Assembly: GCA_048938025.1 (NCBI GenBank)
Contig: JBHLMP010000015.1
Span: forward strand, 1-51,969
From: Promethearchaeota archaeon
GTDB lineage: Archaea; Asgardarchaeota; Lokiarchaeia; Sigyniarchaeales; SOKP01
Direction of reading: 5' to 3'
Length of the DNA stretch: 51,969 nt
The translations under genes were made by a program, and so were the position numbers. The number at the start of each line of letters is the position of its first letter. Position 1 is the first letter of the stretch. Positions 20,654-30,867 of this stretch are shown here, piece by piece. Below the pieces are notes generated by a model, which was given only the letters and a program-made list of their open reading frames with translations, did no database searches and was not told the origin of the DNA.

Positions 20654-21092
20654 TTTTTATCAACTCATTTTTTATAATTCTGAATAATTATTCATAAATC
20701 TCATATTGCTAAAATAAATATTTTTATTTAAATTTTTTGGATAAATGCTTTAAACAGACTTGAGCTTATGTGGTTACCGGAGAATATGGAGGAGGATGAT
20801 CTTGTTCGAGTTTAGTTCTAATCTTTTGGATGAAAATAATACCTTAAAAATTCAAACTATAAAATGTATCTCTACCGAATCTTGTTCAGTAATAAATTAT
20901 AAATATATATAATATACGGAAAAATCATTATAAACAGAATCAACTTCGATAGATTTAAATAATATAGATCCCATATATCATATTAGAGAAATTAAATTAT
21001 TGTCAAATTAAGAAAAAACCTAAAATGAACTTTATTCAGATTTTTAATAAAAATGAATTTAATAAATTTGAATTTCAATTAATAGAAACGAG

Positions 21093-21686
21093 TTGATTTT
21101 TATAGTAACCTGTCCTAAATGTGGAGAAGAATATTCATTAGGTAGAAAAATATATCATAGCTGTGAAGGTTATTCAATAGAGCATGGCGTTATTTTTAAT
21201 GATGATCGTAAAAATCGTCCTTGGAATTGTGTTTCTATAGATGAAACGGATAAGAAAATTTTGAATATATTACAAAAAAATGATAAAGTTTCATATCGGG
21301 AATTAGCAGATAAGTTAGAATTAGCAGCGAGCACCATTCATAACAGAGTGAAAAAGATGATTGAAGAAGAAATAATTAAAAAATTTGCTGCTATTATAGA
21401 TCCTTCAAAAATAGGTTTTAACACGATAGCACTAGTGGGTCTTAGGGTTGATCCACTAAAAATGAATGAAATTGCAGGAAAGATTGCATCCTATGAAGAA
21501 ACTCAACTTGTAGCAATTTCATCAGGAGATTATGATATTATTGCTCAGATCATTGCTAAGGATGAAAAAGCGCTCTGGAACTTTATAAACCTAAAAATCA
21601 AGACAATAAATGGAATAAAACCTCAAATTCATGTATCGAGCTTTTTAGATATATATAAATCCTCACCTTCAATAAAAATTGCCTGA
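21093..21686 (+). CDS. Lrp/AsnC regulator with N-terminal Zn-ribbon-like extension
   Basis: CPKC..HSC, then IDETDKKIL..LAASTIHNRV HTH and a RAM domain (SSGDYD). Confidence 0.85.
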   Translation: MIFIVTCPKCGEEYSLGRKIYHSCEGYSIEHGVIFNDDRKNRPWNCVSIDETDKKILNILQKNDKVSYRELADKLELAASTIHNRVKKMIEEEIIKKFAAIIDPSKIGFNTIALVGLRVDPLKMNEIAGKIASYEETQLVAISSGDYDIIAQIIAKDEKALWNFINLKIKTINGIKPQIHVSSFLDIYKSSPSIKIA

Positions 21687-21770
21687 CAATAATAAGAATA
21701 AAAAAAATCTTATTTTTGTGCTTTTTAAAAATGAATAAACCATTAAAAGTGAGTCTCTTTTACTTCCTAA

Positions 21771-22217
21771 TTAATCATCATCAAAATGTTTTACTATAGT
21801 AAACCAAAAATTCACTATTGAATTAATAATTCTATAAAAATTCTTCATTTCTAAAGGTTTGATTACATAACAATTAGCATGGAGATTATAAGCTTTTATT
21901 AAATCATCTTTAGCATCAGACACTGTTAAAATTACAATTGGAATCCGTTTTAATTCTCCGTCTTTCTTAATTTCTTCCAATACATAAAAACCATTTCTTT
22001 TTGGCAAGTTTAAGTCTAAGAGAATTAGATTTGGTTTATTTGCATTAGAATATTTTCCTCGTCTTTTTAAAAATTCAATTGCTTCAACACCATCCCTTAC
22101 TACATCTAAACTATTTACAATCTTGTTTTCTTGGAGAACTTCCTTAGTAAGACGGATATCTGCAGCATTATCTTCTACAAGTAAGATTTTAGCTTTAACT
22201 CTTTTGTATTCATTCAC
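21771..22217 (-). CDS. Single-domain response regulator (Rcp1-like)
   Basis: ILLVEDN, LILLDLNLP, VILT, YVIKP. Confidence 0.92.
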   Translation of the reverse strand: MNEYKRVKAKILLVEDNAADIRLTKEVLQENKIVNSLDVVRDGVEAIEFLKRRGKYSNANKPNLILLDLNLPKRNGFYVLEEIKKDGELKRIPIVILTVSDAKDDLIKAYNLHANCYVIKPLEMKNFYRIINSIVNFWFTIVKHFDDD

Positions 22218-22229
22218 GATTTTGTACCC

Positions 22230-23297
22230 TTATTCTTTATTTTTTCCTGGAATAATTGTAAAGTAAAAGGTTGATCCTTTACCAAATTCTGATTCTACCC
22301 ATATTTTTCCACCATATCGTTGAACTATCTTTTTGCATATGGGTAATCCTATCCCCGTACCTGGATATTCTTCTTTAGTATGAAGACGGTAAAAAATGTT
22401 AAAAAGTTTATCAAAATATTTTGACTCAATACCTATACCATTATCTTCTACTGTAAATAACCATTCATTATTGATTCTTTTTGTTCCAATATGTATTTTA
22501 GGCGGTTCTTCTCTTCGGAATTTTATTGCATTGCTAAGCAAATTCTGAAATAATTGTATAAATTGTGTTTTATCTACTTTTAGAATTGGCATTTCGTCAT
22601 AAGTTATAATTGCTCCACTCTCTTTTATTGATTCTTGTAAATTAAATAATGCATCTTTAATAATATCTTTAAGATTAGTTAATTTTGAAGGTTTAGCTTG
22701 TGTTGTAACTCTCGAATATAATAATAGATCTTTTATAAGAATATTCATTTTTTTTGCTCCGTCTGTAATAAAGTCAATGAATTCTTTACCGTCCTTATCT
22801 ATCGTATCTTGATATTTTTCCTCTAAAAGTTGAGAAAAACTTACAATTGCTCTTAAAGGTTCTTGTAGATCATGTGATGCTACATAGGCAAATTGTTGTA
22901 AATCCTCGTTTGAACGTCTCAAATCTTCCATTATTTCATTAAATTCAACTTCCCTTTTTGAAATATGCTCAGATAATAATGATATAACTATTCCAACTAT
23001 AATTAATGAGATTCCTCTCAATAAATTATTTATAGTCTCTACATTAAAAAATTCATTTTCAGGGATGAGATTAAAAATAAATAATATTATGGATAAAAAA
23101 ACAGGAATTATTAAGCCTTTTCTTTTCCACCATAAACATGCTAAGATTGATGGAAAATAAAAAAAATGTGCTATTAATATAGATGTTGTTAGTATTACCT
23201 TGAAATAATAAATTAATAAGCAAGAAATTATCATTAAAATTAAAATAATCAATATTTTCATTTTTTCTTCCTTAAGTTTCAACTTCGTTTCAAACAT
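22230..23297 (-). CDS. Membrane sensor histidine kinase
   Basis: About 4 N-terminal TM helices; FAYVASHDLQEPLR, NAIKF, DNGIG, GTGIGL. Confidence 0.92.
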   Translation of the reverse strand: MFETKLKLKEEKMKILIILILMIISCLLIYYFKVILTTSILIAHFFYFPSILACLWWKRKGLIIPVFLSIILFIFNLIPENEFFNVETINNLLRGISLIIVGIVISLLSEHISKREVEFNEIMEDLRRSNEDLQQFAYVASHDLQEPLRAIVSFSQLLEEKYQDTIDKDGKEFIDFITDGAKKMNILIKDLLLYSRVTTQAKPSKLTNLKDIIKDALFNLQESIKESGAIITYDEMPILKVDKTQFIQLFQNLLSNAIKFRREEPPKIHIGTKRINNEWLFTVEDNGIGIESKYFDKLFNIFYRLHTKEEYPGTGIGLPICKKIVQRYGGKIWVESEFGKGSTFYFTIIPGKNKE

Positions 23298-23702
23298 TTC
23301 TCATCTTATATTAAATATTCTTTAATTTGAATTTCTGAAAGAAAATAAGTGAATATCTTAGGAATTAAATATTTACATTTAAAATAAAAAGTGAAATCTT
23401 TCATTTAAATATCATAGGATAAATTCTTCATTATTAAGAATATTGTCCAATATAAAATAAATTTAACCGAACAAAAATATGATTATTTTTAATTGATAAA
23501 ATGAGATTTCAAATCATAATATTTAAAAAATTTTTAATTTGCTTTTTTTCCTTAAAATTTTTATAAAAAAATTAATCTATTTGCTATGTTAATAAAATAA
23601 TTATAAATATTAAAATGAATATTATTCAGAATAAGGAATATAGAGTTGGAAAAATTCTTAATTTTGATTGTAAATATAAAAAATATTTTCTGGTGAATCC
23701 CT

Positions 23703-24584
23703 ATAGAGAGAAAAAAACCTGATATCTTATTAATTGAAGATAATAAAGCTGATGTACGTCTTATTGAAGAATTGCTAAAAACATCTGAAGAATTCAAATT
23801 TAATTTAGAATCAAATCCTAGGCTTTCTGAAAGTATAAATCGTCTTAGAGCCAAAAACTTTGATATAATTTTATTAGATTTAACTTTACCAGATAGTGAT
23901 AGAGAATCAACTTTAGATAGAGTTTTAAGTGTTACTAATGCAGTTCCTATAATCATTTTAACTGGATTGGATGATAAGGATTTCGCATTGAAATCTCTTC
24001 AAAAGGGTGCTCAGGACTACATAGTAAAGGATGAACTTAATGGACCAAGTTTAATTCGAGCAATTTTATATGCTATTGAAAGACACAAAATTGAAACTGA
24101 AAAAATAATAGATAAAACTCTAAAAGTATCCTTTGATGAAAAAGATAAAGAAATTCTTAATTTTCTACAAGATAATTATAGAATCTCTTATAAGGATTTA
24201 AGTAAAAAAGTGGAATTAGCTGCTAGCACCATACATAATCGAGTACAAAATATGATAAAAGAAGGGATCATAAGAAAATTCGATACTTTTGTGGATCCAT
24301 TCAAAGTGGGATATGAGTCTATTGCTATTATTGGTCTTTCTGTAGATCCGTTAAAATTAGATGATATTGCGAGAAAACTCTCCAACTATGATGAAATACA
24401 ATTAGTTGCATCTTCTACAGGTGATCATAATTTATTAGTGAAAATCATTGCTAATGATGAAAAAAATCTCTGGAGATTTATTAATGAAGAAATTAAAACA
24501 TTAGATGGAATCCAATTACCAATAAACGTGTCAAGTTTTATAGATATTTTTAAAATGTCTTACAAAATACATTTTAAAATCTAA
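23703..24584 (+). CDS. Receiver (REC) domain fused to Lrp/AsnC regulator
   Basis: Frame extends upstream of TTG 23772 to ERKKPDILLIEDN; IILLDL, ILT, YIVK; LAASTIHNRV HTH; probable ATA start at 23703 after GGTGA. Confidence 0.85.
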   Translation: MERKKPDILLIEDNKADVRLIEELLKTSEEFKFNLESNPRLSESINRLRAKNFDIILLDLTLPDSDRESTLDRVLSVTNAVPIIILTGLDDKDFALKSLQKGAQDYIVKDELNGPSLIRAILYAIERHKIETEKIIDKTLKVSFDEKDKEILNFLQDNYRISYKDLSKKVELAASTIHNRVQNMIKEGIIRKFDTFVDPFKVGYESIAIIGLSVDPLKLDDIARKLSNYDEIQLVASSTGDHNLLVKIIANDEKNLWRFINEEIKTLDGIQLPINVSSFIDIFKMSYKIHFKI

Positions 24585-24592
24585 TCAATACT

Positions 24593-25948
24593 CTAAGGAA
24601 AAATGCCTCTCAATTCAATTGCTTTAGCTAATCTTGAAATAGCAATCATATATGAGGTGATTCTGAGAGTTAATTTCTTTTCTTTTGATAGATTATAAAC
24701 ATCTTCGAATGCATTATCGAGAATATTCTTTAATTCTTGATTAATTCGATCTAATTTCCAAAAATAACTATGAATATCTTGAATATACTCAAAATAAGAG
24801 ACGCATACACCTCCTGCATTGGCAAGAATATCAGGTACTACAATTATCCCCTTTTTTTCTAAAATTTTATCAGCTTCAGGAGTAGTTGGACCATTGGCAC
24901 CTTCTAATATTATTTTACAATTTATTTTATGAGCATTTAATTGAGTTATTTGGTTTTCTATTGCTGCTGGAATTAAGATATCACATTTTAACATGAGAAT
25001 GTCTTCATTTTTAATAAACTTATAATTCTCATTTTGGAAATCTTTTAGATAACTATTTGTATCCCTCCAATCCAATAATTGTTTAATATTTAATCCTTCT
25101 TTAGCATATAAACCACCACTAATGTCTGATACCGCAATTATTTTACAGCCTTTCTCGTATAAAATTTTTGCTATATTTCCCCCAACATTACCAAATCCTT
25201 GTATAACAATATTTTGAGTTTCTAAATCTATATTCATCTTATTACATAGAGCTTCGAGTACAAAATACAAACCCATTCCAGTTGCGGTTTCTCTCCCAAC
25301 TGAACCTCCTATCTCTATTGGCTTTCCTGTTACTACTCCAGAAATAGTTCTACCTTTATTCATAGAATAAGTATCCATAATCCAGGCCATAATTTGAGGA
25401 TCTGTATTAACATCTGGAGCAGGAATATCCATGTCAGGGCCTATTATGTTTATTATTTCTGCCGTATATCTCCGGGTCAACCTTTCTAGTTCTTTTTTTG
25501 ATAACTTTTTAGGATCTACACGTATACCCCCTTTTGCTCCTCCAAGAGGTAAATTTAATAAGCTACACTTCCAAGTCATCCAAGTAGCTAATGCCTTAAC
25601 TTCATCAAGATTAACATTTGGTGCGAATCTAAGACCCCCTTTGCCAGGACCCCGAACAGTTGAGTGATGGACTCTGTAGCCTTCAAAAATCTCCAAACTC
25701 CCATCATCCATCATAATTGGAATCGACACAATCAAAGCTCGCTCTACTCTTTTAAGAAATTTCTTAATATCGCCATTTAACCCCATCTTTTCGGCAACAA
25801 TATCAATCTGCTTTTTTGCCATTTCAAATGGATTCGTTTCTGACAATAAATCTTTCTTTTCTTTTCCATAGACTTCAATTTCCTTTGTAGGAATTAAAGT
25901 TTTTGGATAAATGAATCTTGTCTGTTCTTTTTTTTTATCTTCTAACAT
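24593..25948 (-). CDS. gdhA: Glutamate dehydrogenase
   Basis: GPGKGG, GGAKGG, DIPAPDV, QGFGNVG, EGANGP, PDILANAGGV. Confidence 0.95.
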   Translation of the reverse strand: MLEDKKKEQTRFIYPKTLIPTKEIEVYGKEKKDLLSETNPFEMAKKQIDIVAEKMGLNGDIKKFLKRVERALIVSIPIMMDDGSLEIFEGYRVHHSTVRGPGKGGLRFAPNVNLDEVKALATWMTWKCSLLNLPLGGAKGGIRVDPKKLSKKELERLTRRYTAEIINIIGPDMDIPAPDVNTDPQIMAWIMDTYSMNKGRTISGVVTGKPIEIGGSVGRETATGMGLYFVLEALCNKMNIDLETQNIVIQGFGNVGGNIAKILYEKGCKIIAVSDISGGLYAKEGLNIKQLLDWRDTNSYLKDFQNENYKFIKNEDILMLKCDILIPAAIENQITQLNAHKINCKIILEGANGPTTPEADKILEKKGIIVVPDILANAGGVCVSYFEYIQDIHSYFWKLDRINQELKNILDNAFEDVYNLSKEKKLTLRITSYMIAISRLAKAIELRGIFP

Positions 25949-26269
25949 TTCGAATATGATTCAATTATGAGCTTTTCTTAATAATTCAATAGAATATATC
26001 TCTTCATTTTATATATGTTATTTAATATTTATAAATGTGTCGAATAAGATCCTATAATATTAACTCTAAACGAAGAAAATTCGAATAATAGCAAATCAAG
26101 CAAATTATATTCAAAAGACAATGTATTAGATAATTGAAACTTTTATCTATTGAATTATATAAGAAAAAATATCTTTGAAGAAGAAAAGTTAATAGATCAC
26201 CCCAATTTCCTCATCTATATATGTATAATTTTACCCCTTTTAATTGAAAATTCTATATTTTTTAATATA

Positions 26270-27568
26270 TTAGTGGGTGGCGCAAGAAATACATGGATCA
26301 AAAGCTCTTATAATTTTTTGAATTTCTTTCTTAACTGTATTTAAATCTTCTTTTTCGTAGAGTTTTCGAGCATAATTACTAATCATCTCATTAATAAGTG
26401 GTATATTTATTTCTGTTGCTATAAATAATTTAGCTTCTTCAAGAACATTTTTATTATTTATTCGATAATGATGAATAAGCAACCCTCTAGGCGCTTCCAC
26501 AACTCCAATCCCTTCTCGAGAAATAATTGATTTAAGATTTGGAAGAGGAATGGTACTTTTTAGAATAGGTTCCTCCAAAATTTTTAATGAATTTTGTGAT
26601 TCAACATACATCTCAATTAATCTTAAAAAGGGCGCATATAGAATATTATTTCTCCATTTGTTATCAAAAAGACTTAAATATTCAGAAATTCCATCTGATC
26701 CATAACTTTCTACAACCTGGTTTCGAGAAATTGGGCCGACTAAGAAATTATGATTTTTATCAGCAAAATCAATACCTCGTATTGTAGGATCTTTGTCAAA
26801 GTAATTAAAATATTCTTCTAATCTGAAGTCCTGACGTTTTGCTAAGTCCTTTTTTATAGTAATAATACCATCATATCTATCATAGGATCTATTATTATTT
26901 AATGAAAGGAAATTAACATTTGGGATTATAAAACTTTCTGGAGGGTTAAATTTTGAGAATAAATCAATGTAGTTTTCAATAATCCATTCTAAATTGTTTA
27001 AAACTTTTAAAAAATACTTTTTGATTATATTTTTCTTATTTTGTGATGGTCTGTAAACAGTTCCCCCTGGGATAGGAGTTATTGTATGAACTGATCTCCC
27101 TCCAAAGAGATAATCTATATCATTTCCTATTTTAATTATATCATATATGTGTGATGTTAATTGTGGGTGAAATTTTATTAAATCATTAACATCAAGAGGC
27201 TTTTTATATATATCAAAAATATTTAAGAGATCTGGTAAGGATTGGAAAAAGTAATGCATAGTATGTGATTTCAATAACTCTCCTGACATTAAGAGCCTTC
27301 TTATTAGAATAGATTGTCGATTAACTTTAATTTTATACATTTCTTCAATGCTTTTACAACTTACTATAGTTTGGGATGCATGGCATAATCCACATATTCT
27401 AGAGATAATTTTAGGAACATCTGATAATTTTTTACCTATTAAGATATTTTCAAATCCCCTGAAGGCTAAAATTTCAAATTCCACACTCGAAATATTATCA
27501 TTTTGAATAAGAATTTTTACATTACCATGCCCCTCAACCCTAGTACAAACATCAATAACTTTTTGCAG
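26270..27568 (-). CDS. Group 3 [NiFe] hydrogenase large subunit (MvhA/HydA-like)
   Basis: TRVEGHG upstream of the track start, RICGLC, EAPRG, DPCISCATH*; probable CTG start at 27568. Confidence 0.88.
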   Translation of the reverse strand: MQKVIDVCTRVEGHGNVKILIQNDNISSVEFEILAFRGFENILIGKKLSDVPKIISRICGLCHASQTIVSCKSIEEMYKIKVNRQSILIRRLLMSGELLKSHTMHYFFQSLPDLLNIFDIYKKPLDVNDLIKFHPQLTSHIYDIIKIGNDIDYLFGGRSVHTITPIPGGTVYRPSQNKKNIIKKYFLKVLNNLEWIIENYIDLFSKFNPPESFIIPNVNFLSLNNNRSYDRYDGIITIKKDLAKRQDFRLEEYFNYFDKDPTIRGIDFADKNHNFLVGPISRNQVVESYGSDGISEYLSLFDNKWRNNILYAPFLRLIEMYVESQNSLKILEEPILKSTIPLPNLKSIISREGIGVVEAPRGLLIHHYRINNKNVLEEAKLFIATEINIPLINEMISNYARKLYEKEDLNTVKKEIQKIIRAFDPCISCATH

Positions 27569-27572
27569 AATA

Positions 27573-28331
27573 TCACCATCTGAATTTTGGTTTCGAAAAT
27601 CTATAGAAGATACCTTTATATTTCCTTAAGTCTTTAGAAAGATTTACAATACTTAAGAAATTTATCAAATTTGATGTGTAATCCTTAGATACAGGTCCTA
27701 AACATCCTTCACAAGGTATCCCATGTTCTATACATATATGATCACATCCCTCCCTGGTTATTGGTCCTAAACATAAAATTCCATTATTTAAAAAGCAATT
27801 TGGATTTTCATCAAGAGAAAATATCTCATCACCAGAAGGATTTAATTTATAAATTTGTTTTTCAATAAGTATGTTATTATTTCCTCTTAGTGGGCATGAT
27901 GAACATAGATTTTTTTCTGACAATTCTATTTCTTTATTTTCTATTAATCTTATTAAACAAGTTCCTATTAGTTTTAAAGGAGGAGGACAACCAGGTATAA
28001 TACCATCGATTTGGACAATATCTGATATTGCACCTGCTTTTTTCTTTTCTGATAAACTTAAAATTCCCCCAAATGCTGCACAAGTACCTAAAGCGTATAC
28101 TTTTTTTGCATTATTTCTAATCTCTTTTAATAATTCAATTTGTGAATCCATCGAGATACAACCTTCTATTAAAGCAATATCACATTCGGTAATTTTATTC
28201 TCATCAGAGATAAAGGGAAAGTAAGAGATATTTGTTCTTTCTAAAAACTCAGGAAATATATCGCTTGAGATTAATGTAGAGATACATCCACTACAGGAAG
28301 TAAGGGATGTTATTAAAAATTTAAGTTTCAG
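27573..28331 (-). CDS. Group 3 [NiFe] hydrogenase small subunit (MvhG/HydD-like)
   Basis: SCSGC and ALIEG upstream of the track start; GTCAAFGG, PGCPP, CLGPITREGC, PCEGCLGP; probable CTG start at 28331 after GGAGGAG. Confidence 0.88.
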   Translation of the reverse strand: MKLKFLITSLTSCSGCISTLISSDIFPEFLERTNISYFPFISDENKITECDIALIEGCISMDSQIELLKEIRNNAKKVYALGTCAAFGGILSLSEKKKAGAISDIVQIDGIIPGCPPPLKLIGTCLIRLIENKEIELSEKNLCSSCPLRGNNNILIEKQIYKLNPSGDEIFSLDENPNCFLNNGILCLGPITREGCDHICIEHGIPCEGCLGPVSKDYTSNLINFLSIVNLSKDLRKYKGIFYRFSKPKFRW

Positions 28332-30867
28332 ATCTAATCTCCTCCGTTAATAGATTATAAAATTTATTTATTGTATTTGTAAATTTGGAACCTTCTACAG
28401 CATTCAGATTCTTTATAATAATTCTCCTACTTAATCGGGGACCTAATACTTTCTTTAACAGGTCTACTTTTTTCTGAATTTTTTGAATTCCATCAATATA
28501 TCTGCATGCATCTTTTCTACAACCAATAACCATTACACCATCAAATCCAAACTCAAAAGATTTAAGGATAAATTCGGTATCAATACGCCCTGTGCATGGA
28601 ACTTTAATTATAAACACATTTGGGTGATAGAATAGTTTCTTTAATCCCGCATCATCTGCAGCAGCATAGCCACAAGATTTACAGCAAAAAGCAATAATCT
28701 TAGGCTTTTTTTTAAATTTAGAAAAAATTTCTATTGTTTTAAGTATTTTTTTGGAAGTATCAATATTCAAATCAATAGCATTTGTAGGACACACACTTAC
28801 ACATGTTCCACAGCCTTTACATTTAAACTTATCGATATTTATTTTATCTCTTCCGATTATTATGGCATTATATGGACAAGAATCTACGCATAATCCACAC
28901 AACCCACATTTTTCTTCATTTATTTTAATTCCTGTAAATTCTGATACTAAATAGTCATTTGAAAGAAGATAAATTATTTCTAAAGCTGTTTGATGTGTTG
29001 TTGAAATTGTAGATTTATAATTTAATGGTCCAAAAATTGTACCAACGCCATAAATACCAGATGCTAATGTTTCTCTACTCATGAAACCATTGTCGTCTAA
29101 AGAAAAGTCCATGTATTTTCGAAGATCTTTTAGATCTTTGTTGGGAATATACTTAAGGTTTAATACAATCAAATCACTTGGAAATTCAATATCATCAGCA
29201 ACCACATTGTTTATATCTTTATTACATTTAATAGAAATATGATTAGCGTAAATAAATCTAGGATTAGTTGATCTTAACAATATCTGATCCTTATCATTTA
29301 ATTTACTCAAATCATAAAAAATATTAACTTTACATTTAGTATTTCTTATTTCAATATCCTCAATATATTTTTGTGCTAAAATTTCAGAGTAATCTGAGAG
29401 TAATTTTGAAGGCCCCACCTCTTGAATAATAGAAACCGAATTTACTTGTTTCTTATCCGATATTCTTAATAATTTCCCTTCTGTAATACCGTCAGAAGAT
29501 AATATACGCTCAAATTCTGGTGAAGTAATAATATTATTTTGAGGATTATAATGATAATCTTTTAAATTCTCACTAAAATCTGACCCGATAGCTATAACTT
29601 TTACACCAACCTTAATTCGGACTTTTTCCGGTTTTTCATTTAAATTAATTGCTTTATTAATACAAGCTCGTTCACAAATCCTACAATTGAGACAGTCTTC
29701 AATATTTTCGTGATCAATTAAAGGGACATATGGATATGAATTCTGAAAAGGGATATATATAACTTTTCTATTTGATAAACCGAAATCATACTGATCCTTT
29801 TTCTCCTTACCACATACATTAATGCATTGTTTACAACCGGTACATTTCTTTTCATCTACATATCTAGGTTTTTTAATTAATTCAATTGTAAAATTTCCCA
29901 CTTCTCCCGAGATTGTTTCAATTTCGCTGTTTGTAAATATTTTGATATTCTTTTCTTTAACTATTTCTCCAATCAATTCTGAAGTGAAACAAATAGAACA
30001 ATCACCCATCTCAGAGATACGGTGCCATCTAGCAACCTTACCTCCTAATGTTGGTGATTTTTCAATAAGATATACTTTTATTCCTGCTTTTGATAAATTG
30101 AGTGCTAAAGTCATACCTGCAATACCCCCCCCTAATATTGCACAAGCTTTCTCAACTTCTACTGTTTTAATTTTTACTTCCTTTTGAAGTCTTACACGTT
30201 CAATTCCTGCTTCTATTAATAATTCTGCTTTTCTTAGAATTAGAACTGCACTAAATTTTTCAAGATTTGAATCATGAACCCAACAGCATTGCTCCCTAAT
30301 ATTTGCAATTTCTATATTTGTATATTCAATCACATCTTTAAAGATACGTTCAAAAATATGTTGGTGTGTTTTAGGAGAACAAGCTGCAATTACTACTTTA
30401 TTTAGAAAATTTTCTTTTGCCCAAGATATGATTTTATTCAAATTCTTTTCTTGACATAAATTATCAAATATCTTGACAGAAACAACATCATTCAACTTTG
30501 CAATATACTTCTCTAAAATTTTAATATTAATAACATTAGAAATTTCAGTATTACAATTACAGATTATTACTCCTATACGATTTATTAAACTTCCTTTTTT
30601 ATCCGAGTATTCTAATTCTTCGCCTGATAAAATACGTTTGTTTAAACTTATTATTTTTAATACTCGTTTACCATCTTCTGTCAAAAAATAAGATCTTTTA
30701 TCTTTACTAATCAATGACCCAAGCTTTTTTAAGTGGAAATTTAATTGCCCCGTTTGGTCTAAACCCAATTTTTCCATTAAATCGGTGTAAGGAATGAATC
30801 CCTCTCTTTCTAAAAGTAAGAGAATTTTTCTACGAAAAGGATGTGATAATATTGAGTAAAGATCCAT
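28321..30867 (-). CDS. ArsR-like wHTH plus HdrA-like flavoprotein plus ferredoxin plus MvhD fusion
   Basis: LSHPFRRKIL..GQLNFHLKKL; IICNC, AACSP, NIREQC, GGGIAG; CxxCxxC repeats; MvhD FCCKSCGY, VPCTGR, GCRKDACRY. Confidence 0.88.
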   Translation of the reverse strand: MDLYSILSHPFRRKILLLLEREGFIPYTDLMEKLGLDQTGQLNFHLKKLGSLISKDKRSYFLTEDGKRVLKIISLNKRILSGEELEYSDKKGSLINRIGVIICNCNTEISNVINIKILEKYIAKLNDVVSVKIFDNLCQEKNLNKIISWAKENFLNKVVIAACSPKTHQHIFERIFKDVIEYTNIEIANIREQCCWVHDSNLEKFSAVLILRKAELLIEAGIERVRLQKEVKIKTVEVEKACAILGGGIAGMTLALNLSKAGIKVYLIEKSPTLGGKVARWHRISEMGDCSICFTSELIGEIVKEKNIKIFTNSEIETISGEVGNFTIELIKKPRYVDEKKCTGCKQCINVCGKEKKDQYDFGLSNRKVIYIPFQNSYPYVPLIDHENIEDCLNCRICERACINKAINLNEKPEKVRIKVGVKVIAIGSDFSENLKDYHYNPQNNIITSPEFERILSSDGITEGKLLRISDKKQVNSVSIIQEVGPSKLLSDYSEILAQKYIEDIEIRNTKCKVNIFYDLSKLNDKDQILLRSTNPRFIYANHISIKCNKDINNVVADDIEFPSDLIVLNLKYIPNKDLKDLRKYMDFSLDDNGFMSRETLASGIYGVGTIFGPLNYKSTISTTHQTALEIIYLLSNDYLVSEFTGIKINEEKCGLCGLCVDSCPYNAIIIGRDKINIDKFKCKGCGTCVSVCPTNAIDLNIDTSKKILKTIEIFSKFKKKPKIIAFCCKSCGYAAADDAGLKKLFYHPNVFIIKVPCTGRIDTEFILKSFEFGFDGVMVIGCRKDACRYIDGIQKIQKKVDLLKKVLGPRLSRRIIIKNLNAVEGSKFTNTINKFYNLLTEEIRSET

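Noticed and set aside
20765-20843. GC-richer patch reading ..DHPPPYSPVTT* (minus) or MWLPENMEEDDLVRV* (plus)
   Set aside because: The minus frame has no start and the plus frame is 15 codons; cannot be supported
23561-23956. Antisense or alternate-frame track ORFs (also 289, 1040, 3130, 8389, 9558, 13045, 13426, 15801, 19621, 24188, 25431, 26150, 26587, 27871, 28751, 29822, 30473, 32010, 33001, 34075, 34838, 35143, 35264, 36938, 38447, 49753, 51744)
   Set aside because: Shadows of well-supported genes with no motifs of their own
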